Positions 40,202-49,788 of a stretch of DNA of 58,346 bases are shown here, piece after piece. The stretch lies in NCBI GenBank assembly GCA_043803945.1, contig JAZDJN010000059.1, positions 1 through 58,346 of the forward strand. The letters are read 5' to 3'. Position numbers and translations under genes: made by a program. Under the pieces are notes generated by a model that ran no database searches, was not told the origin of the DNA, and was given only the letters and a program-made list of their open reading frames with translations. Origin of the DNA: a bacterium. GTDB lineage: Bacteria > Bacteroidota > Ignavibacteria > UBA10030. Every line of letters begins with the position of its first letter. The stretch's first letter is position 1.

Positions 40202-42895
40202 ATGAATTATTCAACGTATTTTCCTTCAATGCGATGGCTCTCGCTGGCCATGCTTTTCCTTTTGGCAGCCACGAGCTACGCCGGCATCTATGGTAAAATT
40301 GTCGGCAAAGCCATTGATAAAAAAACCGGTGAAGTAATCCCCTCCGTGAATGTGCTTCTCGAAGGAACATCCATTGGAGGCGTAACTGATCTTGAAGGAC
40401 GCATCACGATCATCAATGTCCCGCCCGGCACCTACCAGGTGCGCGCGACAATGATCGGGTACGCTCCCCAGATTGTTACCAAGGTGGTTATCCGCGCAGA
40501 CCTGACAACAACGGTCCAATTCGACATGACTGAATCGGTTGTTCAGGGAAGGGAGGTTGTCGTCACTGCCGAACGCCCCATGATCAACAAAGATGAAACA
40601 TCCAAGATGTCTATCATCTCTTCTGAAATATTCTCTGATCTTCCGGTCGTAAGTTTCCAGCAGGTCGTTGCTTTGCAGGCGGGATTCATTACCGATGCCA
40701 GCGGCGAATTGCATGCTCGAGGGGGACGCAGCAATGAAGTGGTGTACCTTGTCGATGGTGTTGCAACTCGTGACCCGATGTCGGGCGGCATGGGAACCCA
40801 GCTTGACAAATATGCCATCCAGGAGCTGCAGGTGCTCACCGGCGGTTTCAGTGCCGAGTATGGTCAGGCTCTCTCTGGTGTCGTGAACATCGTCACAAAA
40901 GAGGGGGGCGCCAGATATTCAGGGAGGATTGAATTCGAGTCGAGTCAATTCAATCCCTCTCCCTACCATAACGTTGATGCACTTGCGAACGATTATATGG
41001 GAGTTGATGCAGCAGGTGTTCATAAACCCCGGATCGATGATAAAGGGAGGCTCATACTCGATATTCCATCGGCGTATCAAGGACAAACACTCGACGGAAC
41101 ACCGGCACTTTTCCCCGATGTTGACTATCTCGGTCAGTTGTCGCTCATCCTCAGCGGTCCTCTCCCTTTTGTGCCGGAGCTAAAGTTCTTCGCTACAGCA
41201 CGGATGGAAAATGCTCTCAGCCAGCTTCCATGGGGATACAATAAAGAACGTGAGACCAATCTCAAGCTCACCTATTCACTCGGCAATTGGAAATTCAGTC
41301 TGGCGGATCGAAGGTTTTGGCGTGCCAATAAATTCTATTCTCATGCCTGGAAATATCTTCCCGAAGGATATCCTAGCCGCGAGGAACAAACTTCCCGAGA
41401 CAACTTTTCCATCAACTACTTTCCGAGCACTGAAACATACTACACCTTGAATGTCGTCTACAACTATCGGCATTTCCGCCTTTACACTCCAGGCAAGTAT
41501 GCAATTTTCTCGGATGATGGTATCCTGTTAGAATCAAATTATGTCAAAAATTCGGGAAATCAATTTATTCAAGGAGGCGATCTGGGTGATTATACGGAGA
41601 ATAGACTTGGAACACTCATCGCAAAAATTGACCTGACCCATCAATTCAATAAGTATAATCTTGTGAAATTGGGGACGGAAGTTACCACCTATGACATTAA
41701 GAGATTAGATTACCAGCAACCGTGGAGCGGCGGATTCTGGGCATACGATAATACCCACCGCAATCCTATGGAGGTCGCCGCATACGTCCAGGACAAACTG
41801 GAATTCAGTTCATTCCTCGTCAACGCCGGCATTCGCCTGGACTATGTTGATGTGAGAGATAAACGCTGGATCGATGTGACGACGCCGGGCGGCTATAAAG
41901 ATGAAGTAACAAAAAAGTGGATTGCAACAAATGAAATTGATACTGAGCCATTCCTCCAAGTCAGTCCACGTCTTGGAATTGCTTTCCCAATCACTGAGTC
42001 CACGGTATTTTACAGCTCCTATGGACATTTCTTCCAACGTGCAGATTACACGGAAATGTACACGCTCCGCGATCCTTCAGTGAATGCAGCTCTTGTCGGA
42101 AATCCCGCTATTGAACCTCAGCGGACTGTTGCGTTCGAGTTCGGTGTCAAACAACAGTTGAGCGACAATTATTCGATTGATGTCGGTGCATACTTCAAGG
42201 ATATCACAAATCTTGTCGGCAGTACGTATCACGCTCTCTTTCCCTACGCCTATACCATCTACGATAATTCCAATTATGGCAAAGTCAACGGCGTCGATCT
42301 CACGGTGCGCAAGCGGATGAGTGATTACTTCAGTGGAAGTGTGACATACACCTATTCGGTTGCACGTGGGAACGAATCGGATCCTTCAGAGGGATACCTT
42401 GACTACAGGGGTTCGACGGCGATCCTGCGGCCCAAGCGTGTCTTTTATCTGGACTTCGACCGGCGCCATGTCGTGTCGGGTCTTCTGAATATTTCCTTGC
42501 CGGAAAATTTCGGACCGGTGTTGTTTGGAATCTATCCGTTCGAAAATTTGAACACGAATTTTGTGGTCCAGCTTGCAAGCGGCCTCCCGTATACTCCGAA
42601 TACATTGGAAGATGGAGATCAGCTTATCGTTGAGAAGAATTCGGGTCGAAAAGGAGGCACGTCCCAAATTGATATGCGCCTTGAGCGAATTGTAAAAATA
42701 TCCGATGTCCGCTGTTCTGCTTTCTTGAAAATCATTAACCTCTTTGATGCAATCAATCCGCAGTTGGTATGGACTGCGACGGGTGATTCGTGGGATGGCG
42801 GACCTATTACGCAGAATACTCCTGATCGGCAGCGGAATCCTGGGAGCGTTGATGTTCGCCGGAGAATCCAGGTCGGCATACGAATTGACCTTTGA
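40202..42895 (+). CDS. TonB-dependent receptor
   Basis: Carboxypeptidase-like N-domain (GKIVGKAIDKKTGE), plug RGGRSNEVVYLVDG..GGFSAEYGQALSGVVNIVTKEG, beta-barrel ending GIRIDL. Confidence 0.93.
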   Translation: MNYSTYFPSMRWLSLAMLFLLAATSYAGIYGKIVGKAIDKKTGEVIPSVNVLLEGTSIGGVTDLEGRITIINVPPGTYQVRATMIGYAPQIVTKVVIRADLTTTVQFDMTESVVQGREVVVTAERPMINKDETSKMSIISSEIFSDLPVVSFQQVVALQAGFITDASGELHARGGRSNEVVYLVDGVATRDPMSGGMGTQLDKYAIQELQVLTGGFSAEYGQALSGVVNIVTKEGGARYSGRIEFESSQFNPSPYHNVDALANDYMGVDAAGVHKPRIDDKGRLILDIPSAYQGQTLDGTPALFPDVDYLGQLSLILSGPLPFVPELKFFATARMENALSQLPWGYNKERETNLKLTYSLGNWKFSLADRRFWRANKFYSHAWKYLPEGYPSREEQTSRDNFSINYFPSTETYYTLNVVYNYRHFRLYTPGKYAIFSDDGILLESNYVKNSGNQFIQGGDLGDYTENRLGTLIAKIDLTHQFNKYNLVKLGTEVTTYDIKRLDYQQPWSGGFWAYDNTHRNPMEVAAYVQDKLEFSSFLVNAGIRLDYVDVRDKRWIDVTTPGGYKDEVTKKWIATNEIDTEPFLQVSPRLGIAFPITESTVFYSSYGHFFQRADYTEMYTLRDPSVNAALVGNPAIEPQRTVAFEFGVKQQLSDNYSIDVGAYFKDITNLVGSTYHALFPYAYTIYDNSNYGKVNGVDLTVRKRMSDYFSGSVTYTYSVARGNESDPSEGYLDYRGSTAILRPKRVFYLDFDRRHVVSGLLNISLPENFGPVLFGIYPFENLNTNFVVQLASGLPYTPNTLEDGDQLIVEKNSGRKGGTSQIDMRLERIVKISDVRCSAFLKIINLFDAINPQLVWTATGDSWDGGPITQNTPDRQRNPGSVDVRRRIQVGIRIDL

Positions 42896-42920
42896 TTATC
42901 AGACTTTCGAGGAGAATAGA

Positions 42921-45917
42921 ATGAACAAATTTATCTCTACAGTAATCCTATTCGGAATTCTCTTTGCAGTTTCCCCAACAGTCCGTGCACAGGAGGAAAC
43001 GCTCAGTGATACAACGGGATTGAAAAAGACGACCCGCAGTATTGAAGACAACTGGGGAATTCTGGACAAAGGAGAATTGATCAATGTGTGCGGGAATCAA
43101 GGACTGATTTCCGACAGTTATCAGAGATCGCAAATGTATGTTTTCCGATGGCCAAAAAGTAAAGGTTTGGCGACGAACACCGGCGATGTCAATGCCATCA
43201 ATCGGCAAGGACTCATGTTTGGATACAAAGGAAATGTGATCGACTCCTACAACAATAGATTTAATGAAGATTGGCAGGGAGTTGCCGGCGGCCTTGGAAA
43301 ATATTACGCGGATGATCAGCCGACGGAATTGAAAGCACCCGACGGCACACCCCGTATGGCGCATAGTGATATTCCGAAAACGTGGCCGGCGGGATACTTC
43401 GATTCGTTGAAAGTGTGGCATCCAAGTCCTGTCGGCGCATTCGAAACACTCTCGTCTGCGGATCAAGCACAGGTGACCAAGCGAGCCGGTTGGTACGATC
43501 CGGAAAAGAATCTCTGGCGTTTCTGGCCAGGAAGATTTCGGATTGATATGGATAGCATCTCTGCAACATACCGAAAGCAGCTCCCCGGCGAATTTGCCGC
43601 TGATCGTGAAGTTTATGCCATCTTCAACGATCGCAATACGCAAACTCCTGATAAGCCGATTGGTATTCAGGTCGAAATGCAGGCGTATAGCTGGGGAAGA
43701 AGATTTGGCCAGGATATTCAGTTCTACGATTTCATTATCACGAATACAACTAATGTGCAACTTGATTCGTGTGCCTGGGGATATTTGCTTGATTTCCGCT
43801 ACGGTGATGCCAACGAAGAGGGATACACGACGTTTAATTCCGGCATCAATCCTGCAGGATTTGACAATTGCCTTGTCAATTGGGATTGGAATGGCGCGAC
43901 CGATCCTATTCGCGGCATTAATAATGGCTATTTTGGGAGCGCGATTCTTGGAACTCCAAAAAATATGGGAGTGACGGATGGACATTTTTTCCGCATGAAC
44001 ACCACCTATCAGCCTAAGAAAGCGAGCCGGAATGTCTGGCCGGTGATGATTAGCAATCCGAACGATCCCGCTTTTACAAAGTCGGGATATCCCGCTGCCT
44101 CGAACTATTTTCATGGCGGTGCCAACACCCATTTTGATGTGTTCGATTCAACCTATTGGGTTCCTTCTCGATGGGACTTTACACAATTCGGCGCAATCAT
44201 GTCGACAAGTCTCTTCACATTGAAGCCGGGTGAATCCGTTCGGGCATGCATTGCATATACTGCGGCCTCAACGCTGGATCAATTCAAGCGCAATGTGGCA
44301 ATAGCTCAGAAGCTTTATTTGGCAGAATATAATGGCCCTTCTGTTCCGCCTTCGCCTAAACTCACAGGTGTAGCCGGCGATCGGAGAAACACCTTGTATT
44401 GGTCTGACACTCCGGAAAAAGTTCTCGATGTTATGTCGAGGAAAATCGATTTCGAAGGGTATAAAATCTATCGCAGCCAGGATAAGGGAGCTACTTGGGG
44501 CAAAGGCATTGTGGACGGTCAGGGGAGGCTGATTGGATACGTTCCAATTGCCCAATTTGACAAGATCGATGATGTTCAAGGTGTTGACCAGCTCAACAGC
44601 TTTAATTATCTCGGATCGAATACCGGACTTCGTCATATGTGGGTGGATTCAACTGTCTCGAATGGCGTTGAATATTCCTATACGATCACTTCATACGATA
44701 CCGGTGATCTGGCTGCCTTACTTGAATCAAATGAATCGTCGAGAGGGACCACTTCTTCTGACATCAATCTGGTTGATCTTACTCCCCGAACAGATCCTGC
44801 TGGAAGTGTCCCTGCACAATCCGTCCTGACACAGTCTACATCGATAGGGAAGGCATCGGTGAAGCTGTTTCGTGCTGATCCGAGTATGGTGACGGGGAAT
44901 CAGTACAAAATCACATTCAATAAGACAGTTGCAGATACATTCTTCGTCTACAATGATAAAAACGTACTGCTCGCAAAATCGCCTCTCGCATCGGATGAGA
45001 TGAATGTCGTTGATGGATTCCGGTTACGGGTAGAAACTGATGCACAGATTGGCGGCATCAAGAGAATTACCGACGAAGTAGGAAAAGTCGTTTCCAGTTC
45101 AACAAACAAGAATGCCTCGAATCTCTGGTTTGTGACACTCAAGTCGAATTACCTCAGTGCCGATACGGTTTCCCGGGCAAGCGATTATGAATTTCGCTTT
45201 ACTTCAACCGGGTCCTTTGTCGATACTCTGGTGACAAACGGTTCGGCAATGGTTGCCAAGGTGAAAGTGCCATTTGAAGTGTGGAATGTTACCACTGCGG
45301 GTGCCTCACAGGAGGTTACTGCGGTGCTGGAGGATGCGAATCGAAACGGATCGCTCGATCTTGGAGAAGGCATTCGGATTGTCAATCTTCCTTACAAAGC
45401 ACCAAGTGCTGTCGGAGGCGATCTTGGAGTGTATTCAAACGCCAAAGTACCCTATACGATTAAAATCGATACACTCGCAAGCGATGCTTCGAAGGGTGCA
45501 AAACTGCCTGTTCTTGGTCAATCCTTCAAGATCGAAACATACAGTGCTGTAACAAAGAAGGATACTTTCTATTTGCGCATGACCAGACCTGAAGTCACGA
45601 CGTCCGGGAAGAATGTCGATTCATTATTGAATCGCATCCGTGTGGTTCCCAATCCCTACATCGGGGCTGCGAAATGGGAACAAGTGGTGAACACGCGAAG
45701 ACTGCAATTTACCTTCTTACCTGCTGAATGCACAATCTCGATCTTTACAGTGCGCGGAGAATTGATCCAAACACTTCGGCATAATAATAAAACGGGAACT
45801 GAAGATTGGAACCTCACGAATCAGTCTGGAGTAGAGGTTGCTTTCGGCCTCTATATCTATATTGTCGAGACTCCCGACGGTCACAAGGTAACTGGCAAAT
45901 TTGCAATAATTAAGTAA
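42921..45917 (+). CDS. Large exported protein with an FN3-like DFEGYKIYRS module and an atypical T9SS-like 'VVPNPY' CTD
   Basis: Start moved to ATG 42921 (GAGGAG RBS, signal peptide); CTD IRVVPNPY..LQFTFLP..WNL.N..VAFGLYIYIV. Confidence 0.85.
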   Translation: MNKFISTVILFGILFAVSPTVRAQEETLSDTTGLKKTTRSIEDNWGILDKGELINVCGNQGLISDSYQRSQMYVFRWPKSKGLATNTGDVNAINRQGLMFGYKGNVIDSYNNRFNEDWQGVAGGLGKYYADDQPTELKAPDGTPRMAHSDIPKTWPAGYFDSLKVWHPSPVGAFETLSSADQAQVTKRAGWYDPEKNLWRFWPGRFRIDMDSISATYRKQLPGEFAADREVYAIFNDRNTQTPDKPIGIQVEMQAYSWGRRFGQDIQFYDFIITNTTNVQLDSCAWGYLLDFRYGDANEEGYTTFNSGINPAGFDNCLVNWDWNGATDPIRGINNGYFGSAILGTPKNMGVTDGHFFRMNTTYQPKKASRNVWPVMISNPNDPAFTKSGYPAASNYFHGGANTHFDVFDSTYWVPSRWDFTQFGAIMSTSLFTLKPGESVRACIAYTAASTLDQFKRNVAIAQKLYLAEYNGPSVPPSPKLTGVAGDRRNTLYWSDTPEKVLDVMSRKIDFEGYKIYRSQDKGATWGKGIVDGQGRLIGYVPIAQFDKIDDVQGVDQLNSFNYLGSNTGLRHMWVDSTVSNGVEYSYTITSYDTGDLAALLESNESSRGTTSSDINLVDLTPRTDPAGSVPAQSVLTQSTSIGKASVKLFRADPSMVTGNQYKITFNKTVADTFFVYNDKNVLLAKSPLASDEMNVVDGFRLRVETDAQIGGIKRITDEVGKVVSSSTNKNASNLWFVTLKSNYLSADTVSRASDYEFRFTSTGSFVDTLVTNGSAMVAKVKVPFEVWNVTTAGASQEVTAVLEDANRNGSLDLGEGIRIVNLPYKAPSAVGGDLGVYSNAKVPYTIKIDTLASDASKGAKLPVLGQSFKIETYSAVTKKDTFYLRMTRPEVTTSGKNVDSLLNRIRVVPNPYIGAAKWEQVVNTRRLQFTFLPAECTISIFTVRGELIQTLRHNNKTGTEDWNLTNQSGVEVAFGLYIYIVETPDGHKVTGKFAIIK

Positions 45918-45930
45918 CCGGAGGTTCACA

Positions 45931-46947
45931 ATGAGAACGACATTTATCGGAATTCTGGCTGTCATGATAAGCTCGAGTTTGTTTTCCCAGACCTATACGA
46001 AGGTTGGGACCACAGCAGCACAATTTCTGAAAATTCCTGTGGGGGCGAAGGCCGCTAGCATGGCAAATACCTACTCCTCAGTCGCGGATAATGCTACCGC
46101 GATGTACTGGAATGCTTCAGGTATAGCCCAATTGGACCGAATGCAGGTCAGCATCTCGCATTCATCCTGGCTGGCTGGATTAACACATGCGTATGCCGGC
46201 ATCGTTATCCCGGCAGGAGGAAAAAGTGCCGTCGGCTTGAGCGGTATCGCACTTCAATCAGGCAAGATCGAGCAGACGACGATTGAACGACCTGAAGGCA
46301 CCGGTGTATCATACGATGCACTCGACTTTGCACTGGGCTTGACGTACGCCCGTTCGATGACAGAGTATGTTGACATCGGTGCGACAGTGAAATATATCAA
46401 TCAGCGAATATGGAGCGAAACCGCCCACACTGTTGCGGTCGATTTTGGCGCACTGCTCAGAACGGGATTTAAGGATCTAACGATCGGTCTATCATTTCAA
46501 AACTTCGGACCTGGGCTGAGTATGGCGGGCCGTGAATTAATCCGTCAGCTCGATCAAGATCCAGCGAGTACGGCAAATCCCTATGTACAAACAAACCTTC
46601 AGACGCAAGAATGGGATTTGCCGACATCCTATCGTGTCTCCACTTCGATATCGTTGATTGGCGATAATGGCATTACTCAAATTCCAAACTCCCGTTTCAT
46701 ACTTGCGTTGGATGCCGCTCATCCAACCGATAACCCGGAACATTATAGTATCGGCGGGGAGTATGAATTCGCTGGAACGATTGCCATTCGCGGTGGGTAT
46801 GCCTTTCAAACGGATGAAGAGGGATTAACGTTAGGAGTTGGGCTAAAGCTCCCTGTACAAGGAAGCATATTCTCCTTCGATTATGGCTACGCAGCGTTCG
46901 GAGTATTAGGATCGGTACAGTATGTGACACTGAATGTGATGTTCTAG
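45931..46947 (+). CDS. PorV/PorQ-family outer-membrane beta-barrel
   Basis: AQFLKIPVGAKAASMAN..AMYWNASGIAQL; C-terminal Phe. Confidence 0.85.
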   Translation: MRTTFIGILAVMISSSLFSQTYTKVGTTAAQFLKIPVGAKAASMANTYSSVADNATAMYWNASGIAQLDRMQVSISHSSWLAGLTHAYAGIVIPAGGKSAVGLSGIALQSGKIEQTTIERPEGTGVSYDALDFALGLTYARSMTEYVDIGATVKYINQRIWSETAHTVAVDFGALLRTGFKDLTIGLSFQNFGPGLSMAGRELIRQLDQDPASTANPYVQTNLQTQEWDLPTSYRVSTSISLIGDNGITQIPNSRFILALDAAHPTDNPEHYSIGGEYEFAGTIAIRGGYAFQTDEEGLTLGVGLKLPVQGSIFSFDYGYAAFGVLGSVQYVTLNVMF

Positions 46948-46966
46948 AAACTTGAACGAAAAGTCC

Positions 46967-47056
46967 AACCACTGCGCCAGGCGCACATGTCCGCCCTGCC
47001 TGCGGCAGGCAGGCGTCTGTTTGGCGGATCAGCCTCTGGCTGAGAAGGACACAAAG
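46967..47056. repeat. Nested cluster of short palindromic repeats
   Basis: TGCGCCAGGCGCA; TCCGCC..GGCGGA enclosing CCTGCCTGC-G-GCAGGCAGG; TCAGCCTCTGGCTGA. Confidence 0.65.
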
Positions 47057-47128
47057 TATAAGAAGACTGTATTAGGAAATCGACATGCGCGACGGGGATG
47101 TGACCCCATCTTAAAGGGTGACTTCAAT

Positions 47129-47152
47129 GTAGGACGAGTCGCTGACTCGCCC
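47129..47152 (+). repeat. GTAG-type REP-like palindrome
   Basis: GTAGGA-CGAGTC-GCT-GACTCG-CCC. Confidence 0.45.
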
Positions 47153-47227
47153 ATGTTGGGTTTGCGAAAATTCAGTGTGATGCACACAGTCAAAGTATGA
47201 AATACACACGATAATAACTTTCAGGGA

Positions 47228-48289
47228 ATGGCACTGGTAATGTTGAATTCGACAACGAAACGCGGTAATAGTTTTTTGTTGAGAGTAGCGATTGGTATTG
47301 GAGTTGGTGTACTCAGTGCATTTCTATTGACTCAATCTTTTGCACAGGGTGGAGCGAAGATCCAACAACAGCACTTGTTCCAGCGTGACTCCATTACTAT
47401 CCTCATCACTGACTCGGGATTGGGCGGGCTTTCCGTCTGTGCTGAGCTGGAAAAACGATTGGAGAGCTATCGGGCATTTCGTCAGGTGCGGCTCATTTTT
47501 GTCAATGCCCTTCCCGATGCATCTCAGCCGTACAATGGGATGCAGAACAAGCAAGAGCAGCTTCGTGTTTTTGATGACGTTCTCACCGGACTGAATGCTG
47601 GTTTTCATCCGGATGTTATCCTGATTGCCTGCAATACCTTGTCCGTGTTGTTTCCAGAGACCCGGTTTGCGCAATCCGCAACCATCCCGGTGAAGAGCAT
47701 CGTCGAAGCCGGTGCCCGGGTTCTGGCTGAGAAGGTGAGGAAAAATAATAATTCACAAGTCATCATCTTTGGCACAGAAACAACAATTCGTTCCGGAGCA
47801 TATCAGCGGCTGCTGATGGCAGCCGGTGTATCGAAGGATCGAATTACAGTACAGGCCTGCCATCTTCTGGAGAGTGAAATTCAGACAAACCCGACAAGTG
47901 ATATTGTGTCGAATTTGATCGATATGTATACGTCTGAAGCTCTGGAGAAGACGACGAACAAAGGAATGTCTGCGTATATAGCGGGGCTCTGCTGCTCTCA
48001 CTATGGTTACAGTTCTAATATGTTTCAGCAGACACTCAAGCGCCAGCTTGGCAGCGATTGTGATCTGGTAAATCCTAATGAGTCCATGGTTGATTCGTTT
48101 TTCGAGTCACGTCCCATCCGAATATGGGAGTCGACGGCGATTTCTGTCGAAGTCGTTTCCTGTGTTCGGTTCAGTCCGGAAGAGGTTAGTTCAATCAGTA
48201 CTGCGGTAGAACCGGTCTCACATAAGACTGCCGTCGCATTGCAAGGATATCGGTTTGATAAGAATCTTTTTTCCTTTAAGACTAAGTAA
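47228..48289 (+). CDS. Glutamate-racemase-like protein with an N-terminal signal peptide
   Basis: MurI-type motifs DSGLGGLSV, PY, ACNT, GT..TI, CCSHY; hydrophobic leader ending SFA-Q. Confidence 0.85.
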   Translation: MALVMLNSTTKRGNSFLLRVAIGIGVGVLSAFLLTQSFAQGGAKIQQQHLFQRDSITILITDSGLGGLSVCAELEKRLESYRAFRQVRLIFVNALPDASQPYNGMQNKQEQLRVFDDVLTGLNAGFHPDVILIACNTLSVLFPETRFAQSATIPVKSIVEAGARVLAEKVRKNNNSQVIIFGTETTIRSGAYQRLLMAAGVSKDRITVQACHLLESEIQTNPTSDIVSNLIDMYTSEALEKTTNKGMSAYIAGLCCSHYGYSSNMFQQTLKRQLGSDCDLVNPNESMVDSFFESRPIRIWESTAISVEVVSCVRFSPEEVSSISTAVEPVSHKTAVALQGYRFDKNLFSFKTK

Positions 48290-48319
48290 CACGTGCAACC
48301 ACGATGAGAGACTGACTAC

Positions 48320-49585
48320 GTGTCTATCGAATTGATCATCCTGATCATCATGCTCTCAGTGTTCGCTCTGAGCGTATTTTGGTTCAAACTCCCATCCGGC
48401 GTTGCCCTTGCGCTAGCTGCTCTCATCGGAGCGGTTGTTGGCGGCTATGGTGTGCCGGTACGGCATCTTGTGGAGGGAACGTTTGGATATTTGGATGCGG
48501 TTCTGATCATCGCCACAGCGATGATCTATATGAAGGTTCTTGAACAGAGCGGTGCGTTAGGGACGATCAGTTATCTGATCATGAAATCGTTGCATCGCTG
48601 GCCCACAATGCTCCTTATTTTCATCGCGCTCTTTGTGATGTTCCCCGGCATGATGACCGGACTCTCTTCCGCATGTGTTCTGACAACCGGGGCACTGGTG
48701 GCTCCGGCGTTGCTTGCCATTGGGATTCCCTCCGCTGCGGTTGGTGCCTTCATAGCGGTGATGGCGGTGTTTGGGATGATTGCCCCGCCGATCAATATCC
48801 CGGTGATGATCATCGGCGGCGGAGTCGATATGCCCTACATCGGATTTGAAAAACCGCTCGCACTGGCTTCCTTCCCTCTGGCCATTGTCTGTGCGCTCTA
48901 CTATCGAATCCGTTATGTACGTGCAATAGACATCGATGATGTTCTCTCTCGCCTACAGGGCCCGTTGCATAAGAAGCATGGCTTGAAACTCTTCATTCCT
49001 CTGCTGATTGTTGTCGTGCTGATGCTTGCGGTGCGGATCTTCCCTGAGTATGTGCCGGATATCGGAATCCCCTTCATCTTTTTGTTAGGCAGCATCGCCG
49101 GCCTGGTAACGGGAGAGCGCTTTGAAATCTGGCCGGCAGCGCAACAGGCCATTCGCGGGGCGTTGCCCGTGATGGCAATTCTGATTGGTGTCGGGATGTT
49201 CGTGCAGATAATGACCCTGACGGGAGTGCGGGGATTTCTTGCTGTCAGTGCCTTGAAGCTGCCGCCAGCGTTTCTTTACCTTGGTATTGCAGTCTTCATG
49301 CCGGCGTTCGGTTCTGCATACGCGTCGGCATCTGTCCTCGGCGTGCCGCTGGTCTATGTGTTTTTGGGAAAGAATGAAATTATCGTCACTTCGGCCTTAT
49401 CGCTCATTGCGGGGATCGGCGATTTAATGCCTCCTCCCATGCTGCTCTGCGCGTTTGCCTCGCAGATTGTCGGGGAGAAGAACCAATTCCGCATTCTTAA
49501 GCAATGCATTCCCATGATCATCCTTTCATTATGTGTCGGGATTGCGATGATACTCTTCGCGAATGAAGTGGCCTTGATGTATTAA
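48320..49585 (+). CDS. DctM/IT-superfamily multi-TM permease
   Basis: 421 aa, highly hydrophobic; GMIAPPINIPVMIIGGG, GDLMPP. Confidence 0.85.
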   Translation: MSIELIILIIMLSVFALSVFWFKLPSGVALALAALIGAVVGGYGVPVRHLVEGTFGYLDAVLIIATAMIYMKVLEQSGALGTISYLIMKSLHRWPTMLLIFIALFVMFPGMMTGLSSACVLTTGALVAPALLAIGIPSAAVGAFIAVMAVFGMIAPPINIPVMIIGGGVDMPYIGFEKPLALASFPLAIVCALYYRIRYVRAIDIDDVLSRLQGPLHKKHGLKLFIPLLIVVVLMLAVRIFPEYVPDIGIPFIFLLGSIAGLVTGERFEIWPAAQQAIRGALPVMAILIGVGMFVQIMTLTGVRGFLAVSALKLPPAFLYLGIAVFMPAFGSAYASASVLGVPLVYVFLGKNEIIVTSALSLIAGIGDLMPPPMLLCAFASQIVGEKNQFRILKQCIPMIILSLCVGIAMILFANEVALMY

Positions 49586-49632
49586 CAGAGAGATGGCAAG
49601 AAGAGTCATAGAAAGGAAATTCAAAAAAGACT

Positions 49633-49779
49633 ATGCTTCATTGGGTCTATATCGGTATTGCAGTTCTTGTGCTGGGATTGGTGTTGCGAGAATTGTATGG
49701 TGAACGGAATTGGAAAAACCAGATTGCTCTTGCACTGGTTGTCATTCCACTTCTTCTTCGAATTCTCCACATCAAGTAA
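49633..49779 (+). CDS. 48-aa two-TM small membrane protein (absent from the ORF track)
   Basis: My translation: MLHWVYIGIAVLVLGLVLRELYGERNWKNQIALALVVIPLLLRILHIK*; fills the operon gap, stop 9 nt before the next ATG. Confidence 0.75.
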   Translation: MLHWVYIGIAVLVLGLVLRELYGERNWKNQIALALVVIPLLLRILHIK

Positions 49780-49788
49780 AAAGGAGCT

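Noticed and set aside
42948-44132. 394-aa minus-strand ORF
   Set aside because: Lies entirely antisense to the well-supported 42921-45917 gene and has no recognisable motifs; shadow ORF
46952-47200. 82-aa ORF between the PorV-like and racemase genes
   Set aside because: Translation of stacked palindromic repeats (CLRQAG, DQPLAE), not a credible protein
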